Shown here one piece after another: positions 51,301 to 64,000 of a stretch of 64,000 nucleotides of DNA (the first letter of the stretch is position 1; each line of letters begins with the position of its first letter). The stretch lies in NCBI GenBank assembly GCA_047967505.1, contig CM106538.1. One strand, written 5' to 3'. Source of the DNA: Dipteris shenzhenensis. Lineage: Eukaryota. Under the pieces are notes generated by a model. The model had not been told where the DNA came from, did no database searches, and saw only the letters and a program-made list of their open reading frames with translations. The translations under genes and the position numbers were made by a program.

Positions 51301-53390
51301 GTCCCTTAGCCTTAGATCCACCTAGTCTAGTGCCATGACACCCTCACCAAGGACCTTGACCTTTATTCCTTTCTTGATCATTTACATGAAGCCCAAACAA
51401 ATATAATACAAACATTGATCTTTTCAAGGAAAATGTCGACTGACCATTCCGAGGTCATGTTACCTCGACTTGAGCGTAACAGACAACAGGGAAAGGAGAC
51501 AGCTTTACAACATTCTATGAGATCCCTCAATCATATTTTTGTACTTCGGCTCTTCTTCCTAGGGTTTTCACCACCCCAGGAGCAATCCTTGCAATATGTT
51601 TGGGTACAAGGTCTGCAATGCACAATCTAAAGATCACGATGCCCACGGAGAACCGTGTGACTGGTAACAATCATCTCAAAAAACTGACCTACCAAGGCTT
51701 TGAAAATCCTTTGTTGTGATATTTGGAGCCAAGGAGCTCGCACGGCAAACAAGGGAGCTCAAGGGCTCCCAAAGACACCTACACAGCCCTTAAGTGCTTG
51801 TCAGCGACTTTTGAGCACATGTCAATAGTGCTGTAGCATTTTGTTCAGGCTATTGTTTCCTCCACATAGTATAAGGTCTCAAGGTCCTTGCAAGTCCCAA
51901 GGCAAGGACCTTAGGCCTCGAACCAAAAGACTCTTTGCAGCCTCCCATGCTTTGGGTCTCCTCAACCACTACGGTTAATCTAACAAGATCCTATCCATTT
52001 GTCTAGCTACTTAAACGAGCTTAATCTATTCATGCAAGGACGTGTCCTTAAAGCCTAAAAACCCACGTTTTCCCGTTATTTTCTACCAAAATTGGAGGTC
52101 TATAACTCAACCATTCTAACACCAAATTCAAGCTGCGACATGTAATCTTTGATACAGTAAAATGCCTTTGTCCCTTAGATCCTGTCGGTTCTCTAGTGCA
52201 CATTGATAAAACCAAGTTGTATTATCATGATTTGCATGGTGAAACTAGACATTCAAGGGGCTAATCATAAGGCGCCACAAGAAGAGGTCCATGTGCTCAA
52301 AAACAGCCACATTGAGTCACAGGGTGCCTTGAAAGAAGGCCGATCAAACCTCCTATATCAAAGCCCTTGGATTGGAAGTATAGGACCTTTAGTAGGGAGA
52401 TACAAAGGTTCCCAACTCAAGCACTTTGGACTCCTTGAGGACTGAAAAGGAGCATATGGTAAGTTGCACTTAATTGGCACAATACCATCAACATGTGTGC
52501 TCATGGGAGCAACCCCTTGTCCACCTAGTCGTATATATCCCTCATCTTCACTTTAAAAAGTAGCATACAATTAGCTGTCTTGTGGTGTGCACTCCTCTCT
52601 CCCATCCAGATCTTCTAACATGGTATCAGAGCTGAGATGACGTGCTACACAATTTTCCCTCCATTTTGAGACCAAGAGCTCTAGATTGGCTTCACGGAGC
52701 TGGAGTTATTGCTTTAGGCAACATGGACAGGAGAAAGAGGCTTGCAAATTTCCTGTGAGATCCCTCAAATCATTTTTTTGTACTTGGGCACTTCTTCTTA
52801 ATTGATTCACCGTCCCAGAAGCAATCCTTGAAGTCCGTTTGAGTACTTGAAGGTCTTCGATGCACATTCTAAATCTCAAGACACTCATGGAACCCTTGTG
52901 ACCTACAACAATCATCGCAACGAACTGACCTGCCAAGGCTTTAATAAATCCTTTGCTTTAAAGATTGGAGCCAAGGAGCTCGCACAGCAATTGAGGGAGC
53001 TCACGGGCTCCTACAACACCTACACAGCCCCAAAGTACTTGTCCCAAAGTACTAGTCATGATTTTCAAGCAGCTGTCAATAGCCTTGTACCATTCCCTTG
53101 AGGCTCTCAATGCCTCTGCATGTATAAGGACTCAAGGTCCTTGCAAGTCCCAAGGGAAGGGCCTTTAGTACCCGAACCAGAAGACATTCTGCAGCTTCAC
53201 ATGCTTTGGGGCTACTAAAACACCATGGTTAATCTAGCTGAATCCTACCCATTAGGTCTAGTTACTTTAAAACTTTAGTCTATTCACACAAGGACATGTC
53301 CTTAAAGCCTACAACCCACAATTCCCCCCTATTTTCCACCTAATTTTGGAGGTCTATTAGTCAACTATTCTGACACCAAATTTGACCCAG
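48320..53390 (+). mobile_element. Two tandem non-coding LTR+PBS+leader units (about 48320-52130 and about 52130-53390)
   Basis: 48320-48812 aligns with 52130-52620, each ending CTTCTAACA followed by TGGTATCAGAGC; 51490-52130 aligns with 52730-53390. Confidence 0.75.
49046..51481 (-). mobile_element. Internally deleted chromovirus-type gypsy element (2.4 kb)
   Basis: LTRs 51481-51011 and 49502-49046; TSD GACAA at 49041-49045 and 51482-51486; PBS at 51010-50997; PPT at 49513-49503; integrase WESISMDFI, SDRD, DGQTER.NQ and chromodomain VLVAWHGLPLSKATWE. Confidence 0.95.
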
Positions 53391-54041
53391 ATGACCCAGA
53401 TTGTACCCACATTTCAAGCATCAAAAGCCCAACATTCTGGAACATTTTTTAAGGGAAAATCCATTTTTTAAACAAAAAAGTGCCTTGGGACGCATTCCTC
53501 CTCAACAGGTACTCCCTTTCTAAGGGTGAATTGAAAAATGATTTGAGTAATACTGCTTATTTAATTTCCATTTGAATCTGACATAATACTCAGGCATCCT
53601 TTTGCAAGTTTTTTTTTCCCGAGATACTGAAGATTTATATTAAAATTTGAAAGGGGTAATAAAAAACAAGCTATACGGCTAGATTCGCTTCAAGATCACT
53701 TTTCGACCCTAACCTTCAGCAGGCCCAGAGCTTTAAGCTTAACACTTTTACTGCATTCCACTTTGAACAGAATATTCTGAAAATCTCGCTATTTCTGGCA
53801 TCCCAAATCTCTGTGATGGCAGTCCCTCATATTATCTCTATGATGGCAGTCCCAAGGAAATTTGCATTGGGATGCAAGTTGTAAAACTATCTAAAACCAG
53901 ACCCCGGAAATTGAGAAATAGGGTATATCTCTGGAGTCGGACATCTTGGGTATCTTGGAGTATATGCCAATTCCATGTAAAGTTGAGGCATGTCTGCTAA
54001 AAACATGAAAATTGAAGCATGACAACCACAATAGGTTACAA

Positions 54042-54779
54042 CATGGTTGTAAGACATGTTAAGACACGACACGTCAAACACGCTTCAGACACGTAAGACA
54101 CATCATTGTGGTTATAATAATAATAATTTAATTAATATATGTATAAGTATACAAGTGTACAACTTGCTAGCATAGCTAGCTACTAGATTCTAGAAGTACA
54201 ATAAGCTACACTTAAACAATGCATGAAGTAACAATGCACTTGTACAATGTAGTTTAGAGTCAAGCCTCGTCACTCAAGACTTAAAAGTTAAAGTTAAGAC
54301 TCACGACTCAAGAGCTTGCAAGTTAAGAGTCACAACTCGAGAGCTTGCAAGTCACGACTCACAACTTTAAAGGTTTAAACTGATAATTGAATCTTGATAT
54401 TCGAAAATCCAGATAAACAACTTAGCAAGAGCCTAGAGGGCTATATAGATTATATACCAATCATGATAGATCAATAAACATCAGTATCATGGCAACAGTC
54501 TGTCAGTCACATGTGACATGAATGAAATCTTGATACATATAATTGAAAGGAAACTTTCGACTCTCAAGAGTCAAATCTCTCAAGATTCAAATCTGCGAGG
54601 TCACTGCCACTGCTGGATCCAAAGTCACCATCAATGATAGCATGGTTAAGTCAAACTCAATGTTTGTTGTTACACCCCACCCACAAAAAAAAAAAAAACA
54701 TGAGTGTCTAAAAGTATCTTAAGGTAAGACAAGTGTCTTAAGCGTCTTATCATAAGACACGCGTGTCTTTACAACAGTC
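54042..54779. mobile_element. Non-autonomous hAT-like/MITE element
   Basis: Ends CATGGTTGTAAGAC and GTCTTTACAACAGT are imperfect inverted repeats; AAGACAC motifs at the left end mirror GTGTCTT at the right; AT-rich non-coding interior. Confidence 0.55.
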
Positions 54780-55629
54780 ACAAAAAAGCTTTCAGTGACG
54801 TTTTTATACTTAGAACAGAGCAAAACAAGTTACATTTCATGTCTTTAACTGATGCAATGGATGTATTTGATAGCAAATTCTCAAAATAGAATGTATGGAG
54901 CCGCAAAATGTGCATCAAATAATCAAAAATATTTTCCCTGAATCTTAACTAAAATTTCAAATAAACTTGCACAAATTCCCCACCAAAGTGCACCTCAAGT
55001 TGCGACTCACAAGCTGCAAATGTGAAAGCACAAGCTAGAAGATGCATTCACGTGTAAAGTCTGCAAACATCTTTGTTGTTTAGGGATTTGTGGTGGGCAC
55101 CACTTCAACCCGAGTGGTTACATGGGCTGGGCATAACAAGCAAGAGCTGTAAAGGCAAAAATGACAGCATCCACAGCTTGGAAAGGCAAAAAACGAGGTC
55201 TACATATCCTTGTTGAGTTTCCAGCAGCTCAAAATTTTAACCACAACAGCCTGAAATAAGCAGCTGCCTGGCTGCACCCCAACGTCATGCTTACTGCAAG
55301 CAAAGAATCCGCTGCAAAACTGATGCAGAAATGGAGGTTTCCAAGTCATCTTCCTCAAGTCCTGGCAGGGATGCAACTGGGAACAAAAAGGGAGTCTCTT
55401 ATACCAAAGAAAGCCACAGAGAAAGAAAGAAAGAAAGAAAGTCTATCAACATCCACGGGAGACCAAAGGTCTATGGGACAATAGAAAAGCCAGCCAATAC
55501 ATCAGCTTAGGGAGGGCACATGGCAGCTCCCTGAGAGTGCATGAAGCAACTCCATTTGTTTGGAGTACCTAGATTATACACTAGAAAAAAACATATAGTC
55601 GCCATACATCATTTTAAGACTGAGAGTCT

Positions 55630-56390
55630 TTTGGTTTTGATTTAAACTCCTTAATGAGTGCTGTTCCTCCACGGTACACTGCCCATTTACCATCCTTCCT
55701 GGCAGCCTTAACTTTGGCTAATTCCATTGCTTTATTATTCAGCTGAGCCCTTGTGAGTTCCTCGGCTATCCATAGTTTAGTACCTTTGAGCTTGTAAGAC
55801 TGACGTAAAATCTTGAGTCATAGATCTCGTGAATTGAATGTAAGGACAGTATGACCTTTACTCCAGGAAATAGAGACTGTTCTACCTTCACCGTCATCAT
55901 CAGAATCATCAGACTAGTCATCCTCATCAACTGTCCAATCACTGTTGTCGGACAATGCTGCTTTGACATTTGCTAAGGTATCACTGGATGAGTCCTCCTC
56001 CTTGTAACATCCTTCTGAGAGTCCCTCAATTTGATTTTTAATGCATTATCCTGTCTGGCTTCATGTTCCTTGATCTCTTGCTGAATATCAACTTTGTTGA
56101 CCTTTGCTTCAACTCCACAATGACGTCCTGTTTGGCTGTCCATATTTCATTATGAACTAAATCCTTAACTGTAGAGACTAACTTGGGCGTAGTGGGGGAA
56201 GCCTTACAAGACTTCACAACCTCATCAATCACTGCCTGTTTGCCAGGCCCTTCTAGAACCTCGAGCTGAGCCTTTACTTCTGCCAGCTCCAGCCTTAACT
56301 CTCTGACTGTTTGCTGCAAGTAATAAATCTGTTCATGTTGCCCAATGATGGGTTTCTTTGAACCTGCGTGTTGGTTACTTATATGCAAAT
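55630..56390 (-). pseudogene. LINE ORF1-like remnant
   Basis: Coiled coil (LQQTVRELRLELAEVKAQL), then ALKIKIEGL and EELTRAQL..KVKAARKDGKWAVYRGG; frameshifted. Confidence 0.55.
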
Positions 56391-57169
56391 GGAGAGGGCG
56401 TCATGGCTGTCACTGTCGCATATCGTACGTTGCTGGTGTTGAGGGGGATTTTGAAGAAAGAGTTGGCCACTCCATACTGGCCATATCTAAATAACCCCAA
56501 AGCTAAAGCTAGCCCCTGGACAGGGCCTGGAGTTCAGCCCAGCCTGGGATGACTTGAAATGTAGCTGACAACCTGACGAACCCTAACTGGATCAGACTAG
56601 TTGGGGCTGAACTGAAGTGGCGTGAACCCTAACTGGTCGACAACCTGGAGCTGCTTGGCGACAAGTTACTTGAGCGACAAGGTACTTGGGCGGGGTTTCT
56701 GTGAGGCTACAGCGGAGGGGTATGGCGGACGACGAGAGTAAAAGAAAGTCAGTAAGCAAGACATAAGAGCAGAATCCACAATGAACCACCAACTATTGAA
56801 AACATGAAGGGTTTTGGACTATATATGAAACTCTTACCCTAACCATAATCCTAGAAAGACAAAACTTGGTAATCTAAGCTACATATCCATACCACTGTAG
56901 CTGCAACCTGCATAAGCTGCTATATAAGATGTTGCAGCTTGCACACTTGCTCACAATGGATTTCATGATAGACTATTCATGGACATGATATGATAAGGAC
57001 TGTTGTAAATTGATTCAGGAGCCCATTTGTTTATTCACATTCATTTGCATCAAGGTCTTCCCGGATCCATAAATTCAAACAGACAATAAGTTCACCAGTA
57101 ATTACAACTTAGGAGCCGATCTAAATTTTTCTGCAGCTTTCCACTAATAGACAAACGGGCACAATGAGG

Positions 57170-57475
57170 CCACAAATAGTACTATTCTACACCTCATGAA
57201 TATTTATTGTAGACCTCATGAATATTTATGTGCATGAGGACAAATAGTATTATTCCAGACCTCATGAATATTTATGTGCATGATCAACAAACTATGGCAG
57301 CAGTTGTAGCTTCTGTAGAGATTGCTTACAACACAGTCAATACTTCCACTGGAAGTCCTCCTTTGGTCACAAATATTGCTATTCTAGACCTCTTGAAATT
57401 TTATATGCATGATGAACAAACTATGGGAGCACCTCTAGCCTTGGTTATAACACGGTTTAGTACTTCCACTGGAAA
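57170..57475. repeat. Degenerate tandem duplications (CACAAATA..TATTC.AGACCTCATGAATATTTAT.TGCATGA)
   Basis: Three or more partial copies near 57171, 57240 and 57368. Confidence 0.75.
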
Positions 57476-58344
57476 TGCGATCAATTATGATTGGACCTTG
57501 CCTCTAAGCCTAAAGTTACAGACAATTGATCAAGGTATCTTGCACTTCGAGAGGGACAGTGGATTCTTCTCTGCTGTGACAAGGCAAGGCTGAAATCAAA
57601 GACCATAGGATGCATTTTCCTTAAGCTGTCCTTGAGGTTCTTTGGCCCTCAGGCCACATCACATTTTCAAAGTCATCCATGTAATTTCAGACTTGACCTT
57701 CTATCCCATAATTGTAACATTATATTTTTTATATCAATCTGCTAAAAACATACGTGGAAAACATTCCTACAGAAGCCAACAACCAAAGACCGATAAGAGG
57801 CTGTGCTCCAAGAGATATCTCCTCAACTTCCAGGATCTGCCAATGCATATGACGAGGGTAAATCTTCACTGAAGGCAGCCTATGGGGAATTTTGGGTTTC
57901 TTGGCCTCTCCTTGAGCCACATGTCCTAATATAAGCCTTGGATTTAATTTTGATCTGAAGGCCTACAACACTTGATGAAAAGCTCTTGATGGAAAGCATG
58001 AGTGCTTTTGAAGGCCTCTAAATCTATATATTTCGCAAACTTCAACTCTTTGGATTGTATGTTGGCTTTGCCACCCTCTCTCTCCAACATCGCTCACATC
58101 GAGAAACCAAATCATGACAAGAATTTGGCCGATGCTCGAGTTGGAATACAGATACACTCATTGAGATTTAGGTAATAAATCATTCTCTTACATATTCGCG
58201 ATACTCAATCTCGGCACTAAAATTCTCGACCATTACAACCTCAACGCACGGGAAAGGGCCCGTTCCCTCGGATTATAACTATTTGGGGAAGGAAGCGCGC
58301 CGCCTCCCCGCCCACACTATATGTGGTTATATAAAATATATACA

Positions 58345-58345
<1 letters not shown>

Positions 58346-58417
<72 letters not shown>
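58346..58417. repeat. Compound (CT)n(AT)n microsatellite
   Basis: Directly visible. Confidence 0.95.
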
Positions 58418-58420
<3 letters not shown>

Positions 58421-59699
58421 TTCCATTTCAAATTCTATGTTTTCTTTTGCTTTTGCATATTCTAAATTCTTCTTTTTCTATTTGTGTGCCGAGGTGTTCG
58501 CAAGAAGGAAATGCTTAAACACATACGCCATTTGGTCGAGCCTGCTATTGTCGGCTTAGTTTATAGTCGGGTATTTTTCAAACACCGGCATGTCATCCTT
58601 TCTTCATCGTTAATTTATAATCAACATACTATAGATTACTCTCTTCATTCATTCCCCTTAGGCGGCCTACCGCACCCTAGTTTTAAAACAAGATTATGCG
58701 TCAATTCTTGTTGCACACGAGAACGCTTTGCAATTGAGCTCAACTAAATCAGCAACAAAGGGAGCCAGATCAAATGAAAATGTATCACTTTGGTGTTTTC
58801 TCTATTTTTATGCTACATACCTAAGAATCACAACTTTCAATCACGAAATGCCTACAACCCAAATGTACTGTACTTATAATTTCTCCTTGCACTAAGACAT
58901 AGACAACAGTAACTATCTTGAATAGAGTCACATGCCACTTTGATGGTAGCTAATCAAACCATTATGTGGAAAAGCAATGATAGTATCCTTATTGGGGAAG
59001 CTTAAACACGCCCCACCTAAGTCCCATAATGGGCCAACCTACGTATAGTCCGGAACGATCTTTGAGAGTGGGATAATTGATCTAAAGACTCCAAAGATAC
59101 AAAGGGTAAGACCCATACGTTAGGATGGGAGGGTTTTACAAATCCAAACCTTAAATGTTTGTCACGTCGTAGAAGTCGATCAGGGGATTCTAATTCTCAA
59201 AACTATGAATAATTCTTGACAAGTAGAACTCAAGATAACCTAGGCTTATTAGGTCAAATACCTTGAAATGACTCAAAGGAATGTGCTTTATTCAAAGGAA
59301 TGTGCTTTATTCAAAGGATTGTTAAGTGGAGTGCCCACACGTTAGCAACTCATCAAGTCCATGACAACTAAGTATCTATGAAATCACCTAATTTTTAAAT
59401 GAAGTCCTTAGACTTGCCCTTGACTCCAGGCTGTTTTTCTAGAAATCCATGATTCTCAAAAACCTCCACATCGCACTCACCCTTCCGATTGTCTGAAATC
59501 ACCTTTCCTGGCTTGGGTTGCATTTTTTAACCTACCCAGTTCAAAACACCTTGGGTTTCAAATCTGTCCAACTCCCTGCAACATTGTCTACCCTTCTAAA
59601 TTAAAATTGTTGGTACTAGGTACGTTCTCATGCAACTCCCTCAACCGTGGATTTGCTGATATATGCCGATTATAGAACTAACCAGCATTTAGAAGTACC

Positions 59700-60400
59700 T
59701 TATTAAAATCATCACCTCTAATCTGGACGATTCAACCAGCCACCAATGCTTGCAAATTCCGTCACCTCTGATGCCGTACTAGTTTCATCTACCTGCTGGT
59801 CAGACTCCTAGCTACTTTATTTGTAAACTATAGAGCAGTACACACTTTTTGCAACCAGAACAACATCCTTATGTTTCCGTAATCTGAGCTCCATAGAAAT
59901 TCAGAAGAAACCTTACAAGAATCCTAACTTTTTGTTCTCAAGCCCTGTATACAAAAACCAACCGTCTGTCACCTAAGGTAGCTTTGTATGGGCAGAAAGA
60001 AATGTGGAGGATGGGGGTGGCAAGATCGAGGAATAACCTATTGTGGTGAAGGAACTTCATTCCTAGGGAAGTTAATCCATGTGGTCATGTAAGTATTTGC
60101 TGTTTTAAGTTTCAAAATCATCCTAAATTCAGAAAGTTCAAGCATATGCAGAGACCTCGCAGGTCAGGATACAATCTAGGAGGTGCAGGAAGTTTAGCAG
60201 CCAACAATCTTTGGGGCTTTCTGCCAGGGCGGGCATAACATTAACCCTCTGCAACCCAATTGGAAGTGGACAAACTTTTATTTACACCCTTGGTAGCATT
60301 TGGACTTGAGGCTGCCTAAGTTGAAGCCACAGCTTTCCGCGGACTCTTCCTATTCTCCACAAGCGAGGCGTGATAAGGGAATACTCGCCTCCAAGCTGCC
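59700..60400 (-). pseudogene. Possible very decayed LINE ORF1 remnant
   Basis: Fragments TWINFP, LDLATP, FLYTGL and a Cys-rich C.GCKK in the order expected for plant L1 ORF1; weak. Confidence 0.3.
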
Positions 60401-63400
60401 ACTCACAGCCTAGCCAAGCGTTTCATTCCCTCTGTTTTATTTAGAATTTCGCTTCCACAGGCGGTCTTGATCACCATGGTTAAGACGTGTGCCACGGAAG
60501 GAATTTTCCTGTTAACCTTAGGTTGCAACGGCCCATTGCCTGATTTCTGTGCTGTAAGTTTATACGGCGGGATGAGTCCAACCAATTAGCAAGAGGCAGC
60601 TGAAAACTACACTCGTTTAAAAACTGACCACCATAACCTTGGTTTAGGAATCCTCCACACATTCGGCACGAAAAATCCTGGAGGTTATGAAACCTAATGT
60701 CCAAATGTGGATGCATTGACTGATTTTCGTAGATAACAATGTGACTCGTCACAAATCTTAAAAAACAATGTGTCAAGTAAAACTCAGAACATATTCTGTT
60801 GACTCCCTTGGAGTTTTCTTAGTTGCGCTTCCGCAACTTCTCACGTATATGGTCGAGGTGTGGTCACAGAGGTCCGATCCATTTTACAAATTATTGACCA
60901 TCAAAGCTTAAAGTTGAACACACTAAATGAGAAAATTCGGTGGCCAATATAGTATACGTAAACGTTTCTCACTTCAACCTCTGGAGCTTGACACAACTTA
61001 CAAAAGCATGCACGTTGACGGGCATCCCAGATCTCACCTGCTTCTGTTTAACGTAATCGACTTCCCTATTATTGTTTGTCAACCCGAATTCCTCAAGGTT
61101 TTGCACGTCGCACATTCAAATTTAGTAGCAGAGTCAGTATTCCCAAAAGAATACGTTCATCCCGAGATAAGAAATTCAAAACTCTATATGATACCGACCG
61201 CTACTCTCAATACATTTGCTGTGAAAACTATTTACGCGACCTTCACACTCATAGAGATGAAACAAAAGCATCCAGAGATTTCTCTATTCACCAGAAAGTG
61301 GAGAAAGTACCGTAAGTTTTTCGTCGGCTAATGTTGGATCATCAGCCCCAAGAGGTAAAAAATAGCTTGGAAATACGAAAACTCTGATTGTCTACTCTCC
61401 GTATTTTGAGCAGCCCTCTCCGGAAAGTTTTTTCGTTAAATTACAGGCAAAGGCTTTGTCACTTTCGTCTGTATTCTCCCCTTTTGAAGCACCACGATCC
61501 CAGATGCGCAGAGCCCAAAATGGAGTTTGTTTCTTGCTAGCCAGCAGCCAGTGCGATTCAAATATCACTGCAGAAAGAGGCACTCGGGAAAACCTAGGAA
61601 TGAATTAGTTCTGTTCGTTTGATCCATTGAACAAGGACACTGAGATGAAAGAGATGGGCTCCCAGTATTCTCGGCGATCCTGCACCTTGGCTGCAGGGGA
61701 AGTCATCAGATGTGTATTATTGCGAGCGAGGTTGCGAATCGTGCTCCTGATGTCCGCCAAAGAAAAGTCGTTCGCATTGCACATTGATTTCGACTCACAT
61801 CTCGCGCGCTCTCGCTCTCTCTCTCTCTCTCTCTCTGTCTGCTCTCTCTCTGCGCGCCCGTTCGAGATGCCCAAGATGTTCTCTCCTCTTTCTCTGCCCC
61901 CAAGGTGCTAGACGCAAGAGCAGACCTGCCTTCCATCTGCCTATCTTTCCAATTCACGCTTGAACGGGATTGATTAGTACGCCAGCCTTCTCATTCTCCT
62001 CAGCGACCCCCTACTATGCTCCTTGTTGGACACAATCGATTCGGAATCCTGTGCATCGAATGGGGAGAGACATGGAATCAAACAGGACGCAGAGCTCAAA
62101 TCCTACAAATACGATAAAACTAAACCCCACCGGCGTGCCCTTCCACACTTCGCACGGGTGACCATCTGCGTAGGAGACGTCATTTCTCTCGTCTTTCGCG
62201 GTGGAGCTCCTTTCCATGCAAGGGTGAGGACGAGGGCCCTTCCGTTCCATGTGACGATCACTCATTCAAGGACCCGGAAGAGGATGAAACTCGCGGGGGG
62301 AGGGAGCGTTGCAGAGGCGAGCTGCGGGTGCATCACATTTCACGAGGCAGTAGGCAACAAAATGGGCAGTTCCGCGCTCCCTCCAGAGTCCAAACTCGGA
62401 AAAACGAAAGAGACTCAACGATCGACAGCCGTCTGCGCTGGTTGAGAATCTACTCACGAATGCAGATCTTCACGCACTTCATGCAACCATACTGCAGCTG
62501 CTCAGATCTCCCAGTTTGTGCCTCCGAACTCTACAGTTGTCACCCGCAAATTCATCTTTCTGTTGGCCGTCTTCCCTCTCATCCTCCGTGATTCTCCCGG
62601 GAATTACTCTACAGTTTTCACTCACAAATTCATCACTCTGTCTGCTCTGCTGTTGTCTCCCTCCCATTCTAAGCTGCTAAGTCTCTCGCTTTGCTCTCAT
62701 CGATCACAGCGTTTGCACTTTGATCGTTCTGCATTTCCACTCTCTACGCGTCCTGCCTACCTTCTGAGCATCCTCTCATCTCCGAAATCTCTGTGTTCTC
62801 TCCGATCTTCCACAGACTTTGATCGTTCGAATTTCGGCGTTTGTTTCCATATTTCTGCACTCAGTTTCAACATTCCCTCCATCTTCAGACTTGCGATGAT
62901 GTAGATATCTATCTCCACTCACGGGTCTTCCGCCACGAGTGAATCAACAACAGAATTTGCCTTTCTCAACTTGGCATTAAAAACTGAGCAGTCACAGAAA
63001 ATATCTGAGGCGTTTCCCTGTCACAGAATGCACCCACGTCAACCAACGCGCTAATGGCAACTAAACAAGTCCAACAATCTCCTACTCACACGTATCTCGT
63101 TCATGGCAACCAAACATCCACAAAACATGCTCCCATCATCCTCCACGGAAACGCCATCTCAACTCCTTCCCCACATAAATTTTAGAGGAGCTCCAAGGAC
63201 GCTGCCCAGTCGATGGGGATCTCTAAGAATGAGATAGCATCCCCGCGTGTCTACAGCCTTGTGTCTGGTGAGCCACAATCCGGGTTGCACCACCTGCAAC
63301 GGGTTCATCCAATGGAGAGTGGGGAGAGAGGGCTGGAATTCATGAAATCCATCCTAGTAGGAGAGCAGTCCACTACCAGGCAAAAATACCGGCTGGGCAT

Positions 63401-64000
63401 TTTTGCTTGAGCCACTGCTCCAGCCCTACAGGCTGGCGCGGGGATCCCCTCTTATTATTAGCATATCCTACTTGATGAAGGTCCTCGGGAAGCTCTAGAC
63501 GACTGTCTATACCGTACGATCACGTACTTTTCTTTCATTGAATTCACATCTGAGCGCATGAGCAATCCTTGTGAAGGTCATACGTCCGATCGTTGTCAGC
63601 CTTCCTGAGTTGTCACCCGGAAAATAATTTGCCTGTCACTGTCTTTAGCTTCCTCAGGACCTCCACTCTCAGGAAATGCCCAAGCGGAAATGCCTCCCTT
63701 GGGCATTTCCTTAAAAGCTTTCCGACAAATTTCAAATGGCCTATGTCTCCATAACTGAGAGGCCCTCTTATTCTTTTTCTTGCATGTGTCTTGAGCCAAT
63801 AGGATCCAACGATCTCTGGCATTAACACATTGAAGATCTATCTCACTTTGGGTTAGAGTGTCCAAAAACCCACTGTCATGAACCTATTAATAACTATACT
63901 CTTAATATTAGCCAATGAGAGGTCACCTTCAAAATAGAGAAATAGATGGTACATTGGCACCTAAGGGGTGCACTTATCATGATGTAAAGTAGCATGTGAG

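Noticed and set aside
62023-62445. 140-aa ORF
   Set aside because: Non-ATG start, no recognisable motif, GC-rich context where chance ORFs are common.
62916-62942. Short hairpin as a possible Helitron 3' end
   Set aside because: No CTRR terminus at the expected distance and no other Helitron evidence.

Overview
Eukaryotic, intron-rich land-plant DNA. The gene and transposon content suggests a non-flowering lineage such as a fern, but that is inference. Two host genes lie on the minus strand. One is a kinesin-5 (BimC/KRP125-type) gene, with 17 exons readable from ATG 5952 to 494 and the rest probably beyond the left edge. The other is a two-coding-exon ethylene receptor (47646-45231, about 770 aa) with a fourth N-terminal hydrophobic segment, GAF, His-kinase and receiver domains. 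Between them is about 38 kb of nested, decayed transposons: a full-length Ty1/copia element (TSD CTTCA); a full-length CACTA element (TSD CCT) inserted inside a Sola2-like transposase pseudogene; a Ty3/gypsy element; a DGMDQ/DNC/GHTHEDIDQ transposase pseudogene that runs into a CACTA-family terminus; and gypsy, hAT and copia fragments. Upstream of the receptor are a tandem LTR+PBS unit carrying an internally deleted chromovirus (TSD GACAA), a MITE-like element and LINE ORF1 remnants. The most unusual items are the CACTA-ended element with a non-CACTA transposase, the Sola-like transposases, the mosaic ethylene receptor and a decayed duplicate kinesin exon. All family assignments come from motif recognition, not database searches.
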